Assembly: GCA_013239625.1 (NCBI GenBank)
Contig: MU053472.1
Coordinates: 3,073,822-3,137,821 of the forward strand
Origin: Lama guanicoe
Taxonomy: Eukaryota
Length of the DNA stretch: 64,000 bases
Direction: 5' to 3'
Part shown: piece after piece, positions 11,591 to 24,408 of the stretch
Layout: every line of letters starts with the position of its first letter
How positions within the stretch are numbered: position 1 is the stretch's first letter
Position numbers and translations under genes: made by a program
The notes under the pieces: model-generated
Told to the model about the DNA's origin: nothing
What the model saw: the letters and a program-made list of their open reading frames with translations, nothing else
The model's database searches: none

Positions 11591-14500
11591 AAAACTCCCT
11601 GAGGGCAGGGACCTTATCTGTTCTCCCTGAGGGCAGGGACCTCATGTGTTTATCCCTAGCTCACTCCTGGCTCCTAAAGACTAGTTGAGAGAACACGTTA
11701 AGTTATTGTATTTGGGGATATTGAGTATTTGTTAAATATACAGACACAAAGAAATAAAAAAAACATGGTCAGAAAGTGCATGCAAAGAAGAGGATCATTA
11801 TAAATGAGCCTCCTAATAACCCTTGTCATCTGACCAGTGGTTCACATGCATTTTCCCACTTCAAATATCATACACCCATGCCTTGCCTTCACCAATACTA
11901 AAGGAACAGTAATCAGCATTTTTTTTTAGCTCTCAGGTGCCAGGCATTATCTCACTTTGTCCTTACAGCAGCCCTCTTTTACAGAGGACTCAACTGAGCC
12001 TCAGAAGGGAACCAACCTATCCAAGGTCACACAGCAAACCAGAGCCTGGAAGCCTGCTTTTTAATCCCTTCTGCCTGGTAGTCTCCTGCCCACAGGCAGA
12101 AAAAAATCTCTGCATTCTTCTGTTGAGCTCTACCTGTCTTATCTCTTTCAGGCGAGCTTCCCTTGGGCTAAATCTAGCTCTACCCAAGGCAAGATGAAGT
12201 ATCTCAGGCAGAGGACACAACAGGTCCAAACCAGTCATCTCAGTGGTAACTCTGACCTCTTCTTTGCAAGATGACTACCCACTCCCTCTGGTTAAACAGA
12301 AACTCCCAGAGATTCCTCCTACAGCCAGGGCTCTCTCTTTCCTCGGCCCTCCTCCCTCAGATGGCCGGCTTTCTCACTGGTACCACTTCTTTACAATATT
12401 GAGATATAAAACCAAAATGAAACCTGAGCCTTGGGTACGTCTCATCACCATGGAAACAACTGCAACCCGGAGTGCCTCCAGGAGATGTGGGTGCTGTTCT
12501 TCCAATGGAAATAAGGGTTTGGGAACTGGATAAAGCTAAAACAAGCTCCTGTTGGGTTAGTGACAGTTTTCATAATAAACACCATGCTCATGCTCGGTGT
12601 CAGATTATGTCAACAGCAGCATTATCAACTTATATTTTCAATTTCCGACACCGTGCTGGCTCGGTGCAGAACATACCAGCCAAATGAACGCCAGCTCAAA
12701 TTATCCTACTTTTGTGAAGGGATGTTTTAAACTCTATTAAGGTGGCTCAAAGAATGTGGTAGGGGAAAAAAAAAACAGTAATAAATTTCAAGAGCATTCT
12801 GTAGATGAATTTTTGTTTCTGGGAATGGGAAACCAAAATTTTCCCAAGAGACTCCATTATTAAAGCCATAAATAAAACATCCCTGATTGAACTACTTGGT
12901 TGCAGTGGTTGCGTGGCTGTGCCCTGGAGAAGTGGCTCGGAATTGGAGGCGGGCAGCCCAGGGGAGGCTGGGGAGGTGAGCAAGTCTGAGAACATTCTGC
13001 TGCTTCTCCCACGTGTTGCCCTCACATCAGACCAGGATATAAGGATAATGAGCAATTTTAGCTCTATGGAAGATGACCAAAGATGGTTACTATAAACATC
13101 TCAAACAGGATCCTAAAATTCAAGGATGTTTTTCTAGCTGACACCCTTCCTTTCTTTCCATACAAGTACATACACTCCTCTTGAAGTGAAAGCTGGCAAT
13201 GTGTTGCGGGGACAATTAGCCTAACTGCCTGGGTGCTCTGGGTTCCAGTTCTGTTGTTTACCAGGCCAGTGACCAAGCGCTGGTTGCTTAACCTCCCTGG
13301 ATGTCAGTCTCCTTTGCAGAGGTGGGTTGGAGGGATGAAAACTGGATCCTAAATGTTCTATGTGCTAGCAGTGCTTATAACAGTGAATTCTAATCAGCCA
13401 GGAAAAAAAAAACAAAAACCAAAAACAGACAGTGACACATGCTAAGGCCTATTTGGTCTGGGCAATGTAGTGGGCACTTTCTGGCTATTATCTGAGCCTC
13501 ACAATAACTTGTGTGGTTGCTGGCACCCCCGGTTTACAAAGGATAGAAACTAGTCCTGAGAATTGCAGTGACTTCCTCTCCCTCCCTCCCTCTCATAGAC
13601 CAATGTCTAAGAGGGCAGTCAGGCTTCAAATCCCCGTCTGTCCAACTCCGAAGCCAGCCTCCTTTCCATCTGACCCTGCTAAGATCTGAGCGTGGGATAA
13701 ATCGCGAACATTTAATTCCAAATAAATATACCTCCATAGTTCTATCAGAGCTTTCAAATAATTTGCAAATGCCTTGAAAAATTCAGCTTCTCTAGCTCTT
13801 CTGTCTCTCATCAAAAAAACGATCCCACAGTACTTGGGAATTAGAGGAATCTTCACAGAATGTGAATTTTTAATCCTTGGCTTCTTCAACCTGGCCTGGA
13901 GCACCCGCCCCAAATTGCCCCATAGAGATGTTGGTATGTGTTAGAATACTTTAGTTACTTCCGCACTGATAAGTTTTATCTTTTTAAATCAGTCTGAACA
14001 ACTGAAAGTAACACTTTTTTCTTTTCTTTTCCCTTCAAGAGAAACAAAAAAAAGTCATAGTTGCAATCACAGGCCTGAAATCCTATAAAGTAAAAGCGTA
14101 ATACAACAACTCTTCCTCCGTTCTGAGCTCCTGGCTTCCAATGTAAGAGCCAGGGTTTCCATTTCATGAAAAAGTAAAATAAGAGTGAACAAAATAGCCA
14201 TGACATTTTGGGTGTGTGCTGAGTCTGATCTTCCAGAAAGTTTCCTATTTGATAGTTACTCCTGTTTCCTGAATGGCTGACTGGGGCCACAGATATGGTG
14301 TGGGCTTCAGAATCAGAGCAAGAGTTAAAAATCCCAGCTCTTTAAGGGACGCGTTATTCATGCTCTCTAGAGCCTCAGTTTCTCCCTCTGTAAAATGGGG
14401 GTGTTTGCTTCACAGGGTTGTTGAGAAATTAAACAAGTAATATACACACAGAGCAAACACAATAGTCTTCTTTATCCCATTCTCAAAGTCAAAATAGACT

Positions 14501-16675
14501 TAAGCAATTCGTAATAGTAACAATCATTTTATTATTGTCTCCTCACTGGCACTGGGCTAGCCCTTTCCATAGACTGCCTTTTTATTACGGGAAACCAGTA
14601 TTTGAAACCAGGTGCTCTAATTTCAGTGCTTGCCCTGTGCCCTGCTCTAGGACACGAGCCATTTATTGGGTTCAGATTAAAGGATTTATGAGCAATTGCT
14701 TCTGCAGGAAACAGCTGCCTGAGGGTGGTGGTCCATGTGGCTGGATGTTTGGCCAACAGTAGGGAAGGCCATGCATAATCCTTTGTTCTCACTCAGCACA
14801 TCTAGTACCCCTGATTTTCTGCTCTCTGGGGTTAGTTTCTTGCCTGGACTAGGCACATTAGATGTCCAAAAAGTGCTATCTGAATAAATAAATGCAAATT
14901 AATAAGCTGACTGTTCATGGTATGACCATTTACTTCATGTAACATTTAACGCTAACTTCTCCATTCTTCTCTTAGGGAAACTAACATGTTAAACAGATTT
15001 TTTTATGCTGCCAATTCTCCACCATTCACATTAATTCAGTAAATACCTGCTATTGAGAGGCCAAAGATGACATATGTAATCCACTGCAGGGCATTAAAAA
15101 ACAATAAAGCCCCGCTTATTATATTCAGCTATGGAATACACGATACCTTTCAGGTAGCAATGAACTTTGTGGCTTTGTTTACATTAATTTTCTATTTTGC
15201 ATCCCCCGAACACTTACTTACTAAGCAGTCATGGTAGGCAGACTGGGTAAGGGTCCTGTGAAGCCACGCTAGAATTAGGGCTGGAGGAAAAGAGGCTGAA
15301 ATTGGGAGCATGATATAGGGAAAGAACACAGGGCTGTGAAGTCAGACGGGCTATGATTCCTGACCCTGTCATTAGCTAGGAAACCTTACAAACCTCAATT
15401 TCATCAGCTACCCAATGCAGATGATCAGCATTTGTCATTGCTTTCCTACAGGTGGTTAAGAGCTCCTAGGAAGTACCTTGTACCGCTTAAGTCACATACA
15501 CTAAGCACCCAACACAGAGTCTGATGCAAACCAGGCTCTCAATGAACATTAAAGCTCTCCCCTCACTTTCTTCCAGCCTGAACTCCAAGACAGCCCCCGT
15601 AGGCTATGAGAGCTTGGAAGGGTGAGAGGGATCCAAACATGGCTGGTTTGAGACTGGTTGTCTCCTACACACGTTATCTTTTCTCTCCTCCCTGCCTGCC
15701 AAAGGCAAACAAAGAAATGATAACAGGCATAGCCACCGAACCAAAACAGGTCACAGGAAGAAGATAATGCACTCAAGGACAAACAAAAGTCAACTGTAGG
15801 TGGGCCCAGAACGGGCAAGTAAAAATTCTAGGAGAGTAGAGAAGGTATTTCCTATTTTATAGGACTTTTAAAATATTATCGCCAATGTGAAAACACGCAA
15901 ACGCCTCAATGCGTGTAGCTTTAATGCAGTCTTTGCTTTAGGTGGGAACTTCACCAGTTATGGAGGCAAGCTTTTGAAAAAGTGCTTTAAAATTGAGTAT
16001 GAGTTGATGATGTCCAGGCAAATTGGTTTGGCCTGTTAAATGAGGCCACCAGAATACTAAACTGTTCTTACAATGGCTGGATAGGCAAGACTGTGTGTGC
16101 ACATGGACGAGACTGGAGGAAACATACTTGGGAAACAAAAACAGCTGCTTTACAGGATGGTTGAATCTGCCTTGCCCAGTTAAAATCTAATGGATGCTTA
16201 GTATTTGTCCAGAGAGTGAGAAGACTTGATTTTCCACACATTGTAACTGAGTATTTATCTCCCTTTGTTAGCCAATCATTCAGAGATAATGCTGCCTCTT
16301 TTTGACATTATTTTGTTGTTCTGCTTCTTTTTCCCCTTCATCTAATGCAATTCTATCTCCACCAAAGAAACCGGCATAAACAAAAAAAGGTTGCAGAATC
16401 TAAGAAAATGGGCTTCAGTAGACAGAAATGATAAAAGGTCACTCCTGCACTTCTGATCTCTAAAGCCAGAAGTTTTTGTACATAAGCAGGAGACCTGATT
16501 TGTATTCATTAATCAGCCAACTTGTCCTTGGAGAATATAACCCCTCAGGGTCTCAGCTGACAGATCTGTGAATGGGGTTTAACAGGACCTCCTGCAGGCC
16601 TTTCAGTTACTTTAAATGGTAAATGGCAAGATACAGAACTGCTGGGTCAATTGAGACAAATGAGCCCTGCAAAGA

Positions 16676-19600
16676 ATTAATATTTGAAAACTTTTATTTT
16701 CTCAAATGAGCACCAACACAGATTGGAAGTATGACAGAAACAATGCACTTTTCTCTAATACTGAATCACTATGTACAAATACAGGAAAAGGTGAAGACAA
16801 ATTATTTGAAAAAAAAATCATCTTTGTTATTGAAGCAAAGTGACCTGGAAATGCCACTAAAAAAAAAAAAAGATAAAAGAAAAACAAAACCCAAACCCAA
16901 CAAATACAGTTTGTAAACACAGGCATAAATAGACAGATTCTGTACTGAAAGATAGTCTCTGCAGGTTGGAAAAGGTAACTGACTCACTGACTTTCACCAA
17001 AATGTTATAGAGAAACACACGGCAGATAGAATTTGGTAATATGAGAACAGCTTGTTTCTTCTTGGCTTTACCTTTCACTGCTGGCAGAATTTCATGACTG
17101 TATTTTTATTTTGAATACTAAATATCTCTTTCCTCTACCTAGACCACTAGCATGTTTTCTCGTTCGAGACAGACTCTTTTTTAAAATATGTAAGTTGACT
17201 GTGTTCAAGATTTGATTTCCCAGCCTCTTCCTGAACCTGAGGCAATCTGACCTTAAAAAAAAACTTTTAAAAAAAGCTGTTTACCTACAAGGTATGTGTA
17301 TCATGTTGACATTCCTTCAACCCAGACCAACTTTACATTTAACATGATGTGGATGGTGTGGCTTCCACGATGAGAGCCCTGGATCCATGATGAGTACACT
17401 CACATCTCAGTGAGAAACACAAACAACTAACTTCCTTACAGTCTGTAAAAGCTGAGCACACAAAGAGAGACAAAGGGGCCAACAGGCAACAGCTCCATGC
17501 TCGGGAACACAAAATCCTCGAGTTCTGTGCTGCTGGTCCACTCAGAAACAACCACCAGAGTGAAAGAGAAGAAAAATCTTATGTGCCCAAGGTGTAAACT
17601 GTAGGTATAGTGTCCCCAGTTAAAAATGAAAACAGGAGGCACAATTCAAAGTGCTTACACACACACACAGACACACAGACACATACTTAAAAACAAGACT
17701 CCCATCTGTTGGAAATTCTTCCAACAAGAGGAATCACTCTAAGTTGTTGATAAATTTATTTGATTTTATTTATTTTCTTTTCTAGCCAATAATGGGCCAA
17801 GAAAATATTTTAATTCTCAATCTGGTAATGTACTGCAGAGTCTGTTCCACTGGGGAAAAAAATGCAGAGAGGCACTGCTTTATTGCCTCCGTCCAGACTA
17901 AAGTGATGGAGATCTTTTTTAAAAAAAAAAAGAGTGTATTGGTGATCAATCACTGTTTCCCTTAAAATATACTTCAAGAAATGCTGAGGAAACCACAGAA
18001 TTTAAAAATGAAAATAAAAAGTGCTCTCAGGGGATCTGAGAAGACAGCACCAAATATATTATTTAAAAAATTAAATATTATTTACAAAAGTATATTTCAC
18101 AAGCAACTGTTTCTTATATATCCACTTGCAAATCTTTTTGTAAAGGGGATACCTCTCTTTCACACACTGATCCACCAGTAAAGATACACTCCATCCTACC
18201 TCCAGGATCTTACTGTCATAGGAGTTGGGGGAGCACTCAATCAGGCCCAGCTGACAATCTGCAGACACCAAGCTTGGCTGTGATTCGTGTTATGTCCAGT
18301 CAACCCATCAGCAGCCTGAGACTAATATCCCGGGGCGCGGGGCTGGTTGTAACTCTAGGCCGCCAAGGCCATGTGACCCGGGGTGGCACAGGGGAGATGG
18401 AACGAGAGTTTGACGGCTGGACTTCAGTTGAAAATGAAGGCAGCTGCTGGCTGAGGTATAGAACTTCATGCCTTTCCCTTCCCCACGTCACCCTCTCCCC
18501 TTCCCTACTCCCCGCACCCCACCCAAGCTTTCCCATTGAACTCCAATTCCCCGAACCGACCAGGGGTGAATGGACGAGGTCTTTGGTTATGCTCTGAGTC
18601 GATAATTTGGTGAGGAAATTAAAAAATGAACTGACTGAGGCCTTGAGTTGATGCATCTCCATCTCTCCAATACTACTGGATGTTAGACAGACAAGCCAGG
18701 AATGGAGCTAAAGTTATAAGAAGCACTTTTGGTTTCATTGACACAAAGGGAAAGCCTAATGAGTTTTTTTTTTTTTCTTTCTTTCTTTTTTTTTTTTTAA
18801 ATTCCCCTGTAGTTGCAGAAAAACCAACATTCTGCTCAGATCTCTCGCACCAAGTAGGGTGCCCTGCACCCACTGGCTACTCAATGGATAGTAACTGACA
18901 AAACACCAGAACCAGGGTCTGCTCTGATCCATGCAACAGGCAGAGGCCCATCCCCACGGAAGAACAGTGGCACATTGTTCTGCCCCTTGAAAATTCTAGG
19001 GCACCCCATGTCCAGTTTCTGTGTAACCACACTCCATTTTTCAGTTTTCAAGATAAAACACCTACCCATGTTTAACCCCCATTTTCTTTTTATGGAAAGG
19101 ACTGCCCACAGCCAGGACTCTCCCTGAGTAAAGGGGCTAACCAGAATACGTAAATGAGGGCCACTACCTTCAGGGTGGATGGAGGGGGGAATCTGATTGC
19201 TGTGCTGGCAAGCCAGCTTAGGAATGTAAAAGTTGGGGAAAAAAATGCTACTGCTAACCCTGGGGTACCCAGCTTGCAGGGCAGGACCACCCCCACCTCG
19301 GGGCCCTCCTTCGGTATTCAGCACAGAGACACAAAAAAGGGCATTTCCTCAAGAGACTCACTGCCTCTGGAAATGCGGTGCAACTCTGACAACGTCCTGG
19401 GTTGGCTGCTTTAATCTTGGTAAGAAGTTTACAGATTCTTGTCTCCACGAACTCACTCCGTTGTGACTTTTCAGGTGAACTTTCCTTACGGGCTCAGCCT
19501 ACTTGGGGAATGAAATGCTGAGAATTACCTAACATAACCTACACATATCTTAGCAATAATAGTATTTCCGGCCTAAGCGATGAAATTAACTCAGTTAAAT

Positions 19601-21063
19601 GAGTTTTCCGTCATGCAAGGCGTACTGGCTAAACTGCTGTAGAACAGACTTCACAGTGTTGATTAAATGTAACGAACTTCTCTCTCTCTCATGAGTCTTA
19701 CAGGGATTTGTTCTCCACTTCCCTGATACAACTTCGGATGGGGAAGGTGGGGTGGGTGGCAATACTGGATGTCTGACATCAAATCTAAGCCATCCTCGTT
19801 GCTGGAACATACTGACAGACTTCTCCCCACACAAGAACAAGGAGAACGGGGAGGAGCATGAGGAATTTGCCAGCCAGGTTATCACTAAGCTCGAAGCCTT
19901 GGGACTTCGCTTTCCACGATCTACCACGACAGAACTGGAGAAAAACACCCCCAAACTCTACGTACAAAGAATTGCTGATGTCAGTGAAGCCATAGCAAAC
20001 CAAAGAAGAAAGATGCACCTGACTTGTAATGGTTCAAACCTAAACTATTCCCGGCAATGCCCTACCCCACCCCACTTCCTTGCCACAATGCTCTTCTCTT
20101 ATTAAGGTTCAGAAGAAAGGTCAGGCAGAATTGCTAACTGGTTCTGCTTCGTATTTTCTCTGGCCCACTGTCTGAACCACTTCTGCAGGAGCTCCCAAGC
20201 AGCACCCCGCCCCGCTTTGTTCCCTGTTCTCCTTAGTTGCTGATTTTACTTGGTTGCTAGTCAAAGCCTTTGGGATGTTTGGAACTTGCACCCATTGCAA
20301 ATGGCAGTCCCCTCCCCTGTACAGCGGCTGAAGAGGCAAAGAAGATTATCCAGAGGAGCAGTGAGGCATCAGGGTCCTCAGAACCACCTGGGCTTCTGCC
20401 GAGTCTCTCACTGCTGCCAGGACACTCCCCGGCTCGGCCCAGGAGAACCGGGCGCCTGCCCCACCAGCTGGAATGAGGGCTATTTCTTGTGCTCATCCAC
20501 TAACCTGGCACATTTGGTGTCAGGAGCAGAAGCTTCTGATCAGAGAATGCAGCCATGAGGTATTTTTTTTTTTTCTCTTTGTCCATTTCAAGCCTAGTTA
20601 CCAGGTCTCCAGGAGCAGCACAATTTTGTTCCTACCTCTCCCTTCCCGTCCCCTCCCCACCCCGGGACCCTCGCAGTTCCCTCGTCCTCACACCCCCGTG
20701 CTGTGCCACTGTTCTCCTGATAAGGGGCCATCAGGCAGCTCTTCCTGGGCCTCGGGGCCCTTCTCAAAGTGGGCTGCCGCCATGCGGACAGACATCTGTT
20801 CCTTCTGTTGTTTCGTTTTCAGCCAACACTCGAACAGAGAGAGAAGCCAGGATCAACTCACAAACAGATACAAAGCAAAGAGACAGAGAGACAGCGATTT
20901 AGAGGCCGGTCACCAGAAAGATGGCGTCAGGGTGGGAGAATGCCCCAGATGGCAAGGCCCCTAAATGGATGGAACCAAGTGTTCAGTCACTCTCTCACGC
21001 TTGGGTAGAATGTTCGGTTGGATGGCGTTCACGCGGACACTGGATTGGGGAGACACTCTCCGC
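16676..21063 (-). other. YPEL2: YPEL2 3'UTR (~4.4 kb)
   Basis: Stretch after the stop codon with no recognisable interspersed repeats, U-rich on the minus strand, with PUM and miRNA seed motifs and a terminal AATAAA. Distal boundary is approximate. Confidence 0.7.
16693..16698 (-). terminator. Probable distal polyadenylation signal (AATAAA) of YPEL2
   Basis: Plus-strand tttatt. U-rich and UGUA elements upstream and U/GU-rich sequence downstream on the minus strand. Confidence 0.65.
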
Positions 21064-21153
21064 TCAGTCCCAGCCATTGTCCTTGATCATGTGTGCTAGC
21101 TCAATGATGTATTTGCCTTCTTTATATTTCTGGCTGCTTTCAAAGGCATGTTC
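21064..21153 (-). CDS. YPEL2: YPEL2 last coding exon (EHAFESSQKYKEGKYIIELAHMIKDNGWD*)
   Basis: tttgtgtttcctag|GAACATGCC...; TGA at 21066-21064; 90 nt. Confidence 0.97.
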   Translation of the reverse strand, partial: EHAFESSQKYKEGKYIIELAHMIKDNGWD

Positions 21154-21454
21154 CTAGGAAACACAAAGGAAGAGAAAAGACACCAGGTGACTGCTGGAGC
21201 AAAGGTGGGGCCAATGACAGGCATCAGGACCACTGACGCCTGGCCCCAGCTCCACACAGATGCCCTGAGAGAATTCCCACCACTCAAGCACGCTATGTCC
21301 CCTTCGCTTAACTACAGCACTGAGGCAATGCCAGGACTTCCACAACATTTACAAGAGAATTTAAATATTTTTAAATTTAAATATTCTAAATTTAAACAGA
21401 CATGATTTAAATATTCTAAATATTTTCTCAGTATTTGCAATCGGGTTTTTTCAG

Positions 21455-21790
21455 GATCTTTGCTCATTCGCTTCTTTGCCCAAACATCACCATCTCAGTC
21501 AGCTCTTTCCCAACGACTTTACTGAAAATCACCACTTTCCCTGCAGCAATCCTTCCCTGTATCTCCGTCTTGTCCTGCTTTATTTTCCTCCCCAGCACTT
21601 GTCACGTTCAAACATGCAGTATAACGTGCATACCTATTTTGTGTATTGTCTGCCTCCCACTGCCTCAATATAAACTTCATGGAAGGCAGAGATTTTCATG
21701 TTTTGTTCACTGATATATCCTTAGTGCCTAGAAACCGCTTGGCACATAACAGATCTTTAATAATAAATGCTAAATGAATGAATGAATAGA
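21455..21790 (+). mobile_element. L2a 3' end
   Basis: aatataaacttcatggaaggcagagatt...ttgttcactgatatatccttagtgcctaga...(tgaa)n tail. Confidence 0.75.
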
Positions 21791-23639
21791 TTATAATATT
21801 TATACATATAAATAAAATCTCAGGGGCACTTGGTTGCTGATGCTAACCAGAAATCCGCCCTATGGCTGTATCCACCAAGTTCCCTGTCATTATTTTAAAC
21901 TGGGCTTTGTTAGGCTTAGAGAAGACATGCAGGGAGAGAAACAAAGTATACTGTGAGGCCAAACATGGGTCTCTTTTCCATTTCTTATCTTGCTATTTCC
22001 ACGTCAGAAGTGTTAACTTTGTTTTTCCCTCACTGCCTTTCTCCAGGGAGACAGGAGCTGCGAGAACTCCAGGCGGAAGAACCTGGCCGCCCTCGAGCCC
22101 TACGCAGCTGCCAGGCTTCCAGAGGGAAAACCCAGTACAAACCAGCTGGGAGGTTATCATCTGAAACTTTCAGCACTGCAGGCTCTCCCAGCTAATAAGC
22201 CCCACAGAAAGAAGTCCCACATAAGTGTAAGATTAAGGTGATATTCTATTTGCACACATAGACACATAAAACACCCTGGTGCATCATCTGAAAAACACTG
22301 GGCTTCAGAGAGCCATCAGATGGCGATGCCCGATGTGCAGAGCAGTGGACCTCAGCTCTCCCTCCTGAGTCCCACAAATTAGGAGGCAGCTAAATCCTAC
22401 TGTCAGTAGGTTCTGGGCAGCATTTACATGAACTGTATCTCCTATTCTAGAGTTCAGGGATTCTAGGTCTCAGAATGAGAGTTCAGACTGGAGTCTCTTG
22501 TTAACAGAGGACCATTCCACAGAGTGGAGAGCGGAGGGGCACCGAGAGAAAGTGCAAACACCACACACATACAGGAGTTGCGGGCTCAGCAGTAATTTCC
22601 CTGACACCTCATTATCCCCCGGCTCCGTCTGTGTGTGTGCGTGTGATATGTACACAACAAAGGAATGTGGTTTGGGAATAAGATCTATTGTTCCACAGTA
22701 GTGTGTTTGTGGGGAAGCGGGTGGGGGGAGGAAAAAACAAAACTAAAGGAAAGTGACAGTGGGCCCCTATTAAACAAACAAAAAAACTCAAAACAAAAAT
22801 AAAAACAAAAGAAAGAGAAGAAAAAAGAAAGAAAAAAAAAAGGAAAAAAATTCAACACTCCCCAAGCACAGGGCACTTGCAAAATGTCAAGCTGGCAAGG
22901 TCCCAAGTCTGCCCAGAAAGCTCAGAAGGCAGGATGAATATTATCCCCAATACCTGCCACCCCAGTTTTAATCAGCGGTGGAAGAATGGACTCAAAACTG
23001 TTTGTCTCAATTGGCCATTTAAGTTTAACAGTAAAAGACTGGTTAATGATAACAACACATTGTAAAACCTTTCAGAAGGAATGGAGACTATTCCGTGGAC
23101 CATTTGTTTTTGTGGGGGGGGCAGCTTTAAGTTATTAGTTTTTAAAATCAGTATCTAATGGAAACAACTTGACCAAAAATCTGTCACAGAATTGAGACCC
23201 ATTAAAATAAAGTTTAATGACAAAAAAAAAAAAAAAAAAAAACCCAACTCTGTCGAAGAAGTGAATCCTTATGCCTGAAGTTAAGTAGCAAAACCAACCA
23301 ACTGAGATTATCTTCTGTCTGGAATCCAGCACATCCTCAAGGAATAAGATAACTAAGAAGTTGGGAAATAAAGGGGCAGAACATTTCTGGACAATCAAAG
23401 CCAGAACTGTGGCCCCCAGATCACACAGAGGGGGCTAGTGGTCTTAGACGGGGAGCAGAATGGCCAAGGTCAGTTTCTCCCATAGGAAGCTGTAGCTGAA
23501 CCTTCCTGGCATCATGAAATACAACGTCCAGGTTTTTTCGTTGTCATTCTGAACATTTCAAGGAAGACATGAAAGATGGAAACTAAAGGCAGTGCTGCTC
23601 CACTGCAGACTCTAGCTGCAGCAGTTCTTAAGATTTTTT

Positions 23640-23905
23640 ACTTTAATCTTTTTTTAAGAGTTTCGCATTTTTGAACTTTATTTAAATGGAATCATACTTC
23701 TATGTTTGGCTTCTTTTGCTCAACATCTTTTTTCACATAGACTCGTATTTTTACAGCAGTTTTAGAGTCCTAGCAAGAAGGAGCAGAAGGCACAGAGCTT
23801 TCCCCTGTGCTCTCTGCTCCCACATAGGCACAATCTCCTCTCCTCTCAAAGCCCTGCAGAGTGGTGCATTTGTTACAAGCAACAGACGGACACTGACGCA
23901 TCGTT
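23640..23905 (-). mobile_element. Old L1 3'UTR fragments (L1MC/MD-like)
   Basis: aaatggaatcatac...ttggcttcttttgctcaacat; ttttacagcagttttaga...gagtggtgcatttgttacaa. Confidence 0.6.
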
Positions 23906-24408
23906 AGGGCTCTGCAGGGGGTTATGACTACTCCTTCAGGCCAAGCTGGCTAATGACAGGTCCCATGAGCCATCCCCCACACTGACCCTCTGCAACTGAC
24001 AGGATGGGGCACTTGAGGCATTTTATGTATAAACTGCCCTCCCAGAGATAGGAAGATTCTTTCTTTCTTTCTTTCTTTGTTAAATCCCCACAATGACAGA
24101 GAGGGCAAAGAAAAGCACTGTGAAGAGATAAAAGCGGCAACAATGATGCAGGTTGACTTTCATTGAACCCAGACAACTCCTCTCACCCTGGCAAAGGAGT
24201 GCTCACTCTCCTAGGTACCCAGAAGATGTTAAAAATATCTGTTGAGTTAAACAATGAATGTGTAGTTGGGAAAGTCCAGCCATGACTTTATCTGACAGCA
24301 GACATTAATTCACATAATGTCTGATGATGCCTAGCACAGGGCTGGACCTATGCGAAGTGCTGGGGACACTAACTGGAGCATCAAAGAACATGCGCTCTGT
24401 AGTCAGAA

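Noticed and set aside
21000..21066. Stop-codon readthrough or selenocysteine recoding at the YPEL2 UGA
   Set aside because: Context is UGA-GCG, not the UGA-CUAG readthrough motif. No SECIS recognised, and the protein is already full length.
21355..21430. AT-rich repeated atttaaatatt units near the last acceptor
   Set aside because: Low-complexity slippage about 200 nt from the splice site; nothing supports a function.
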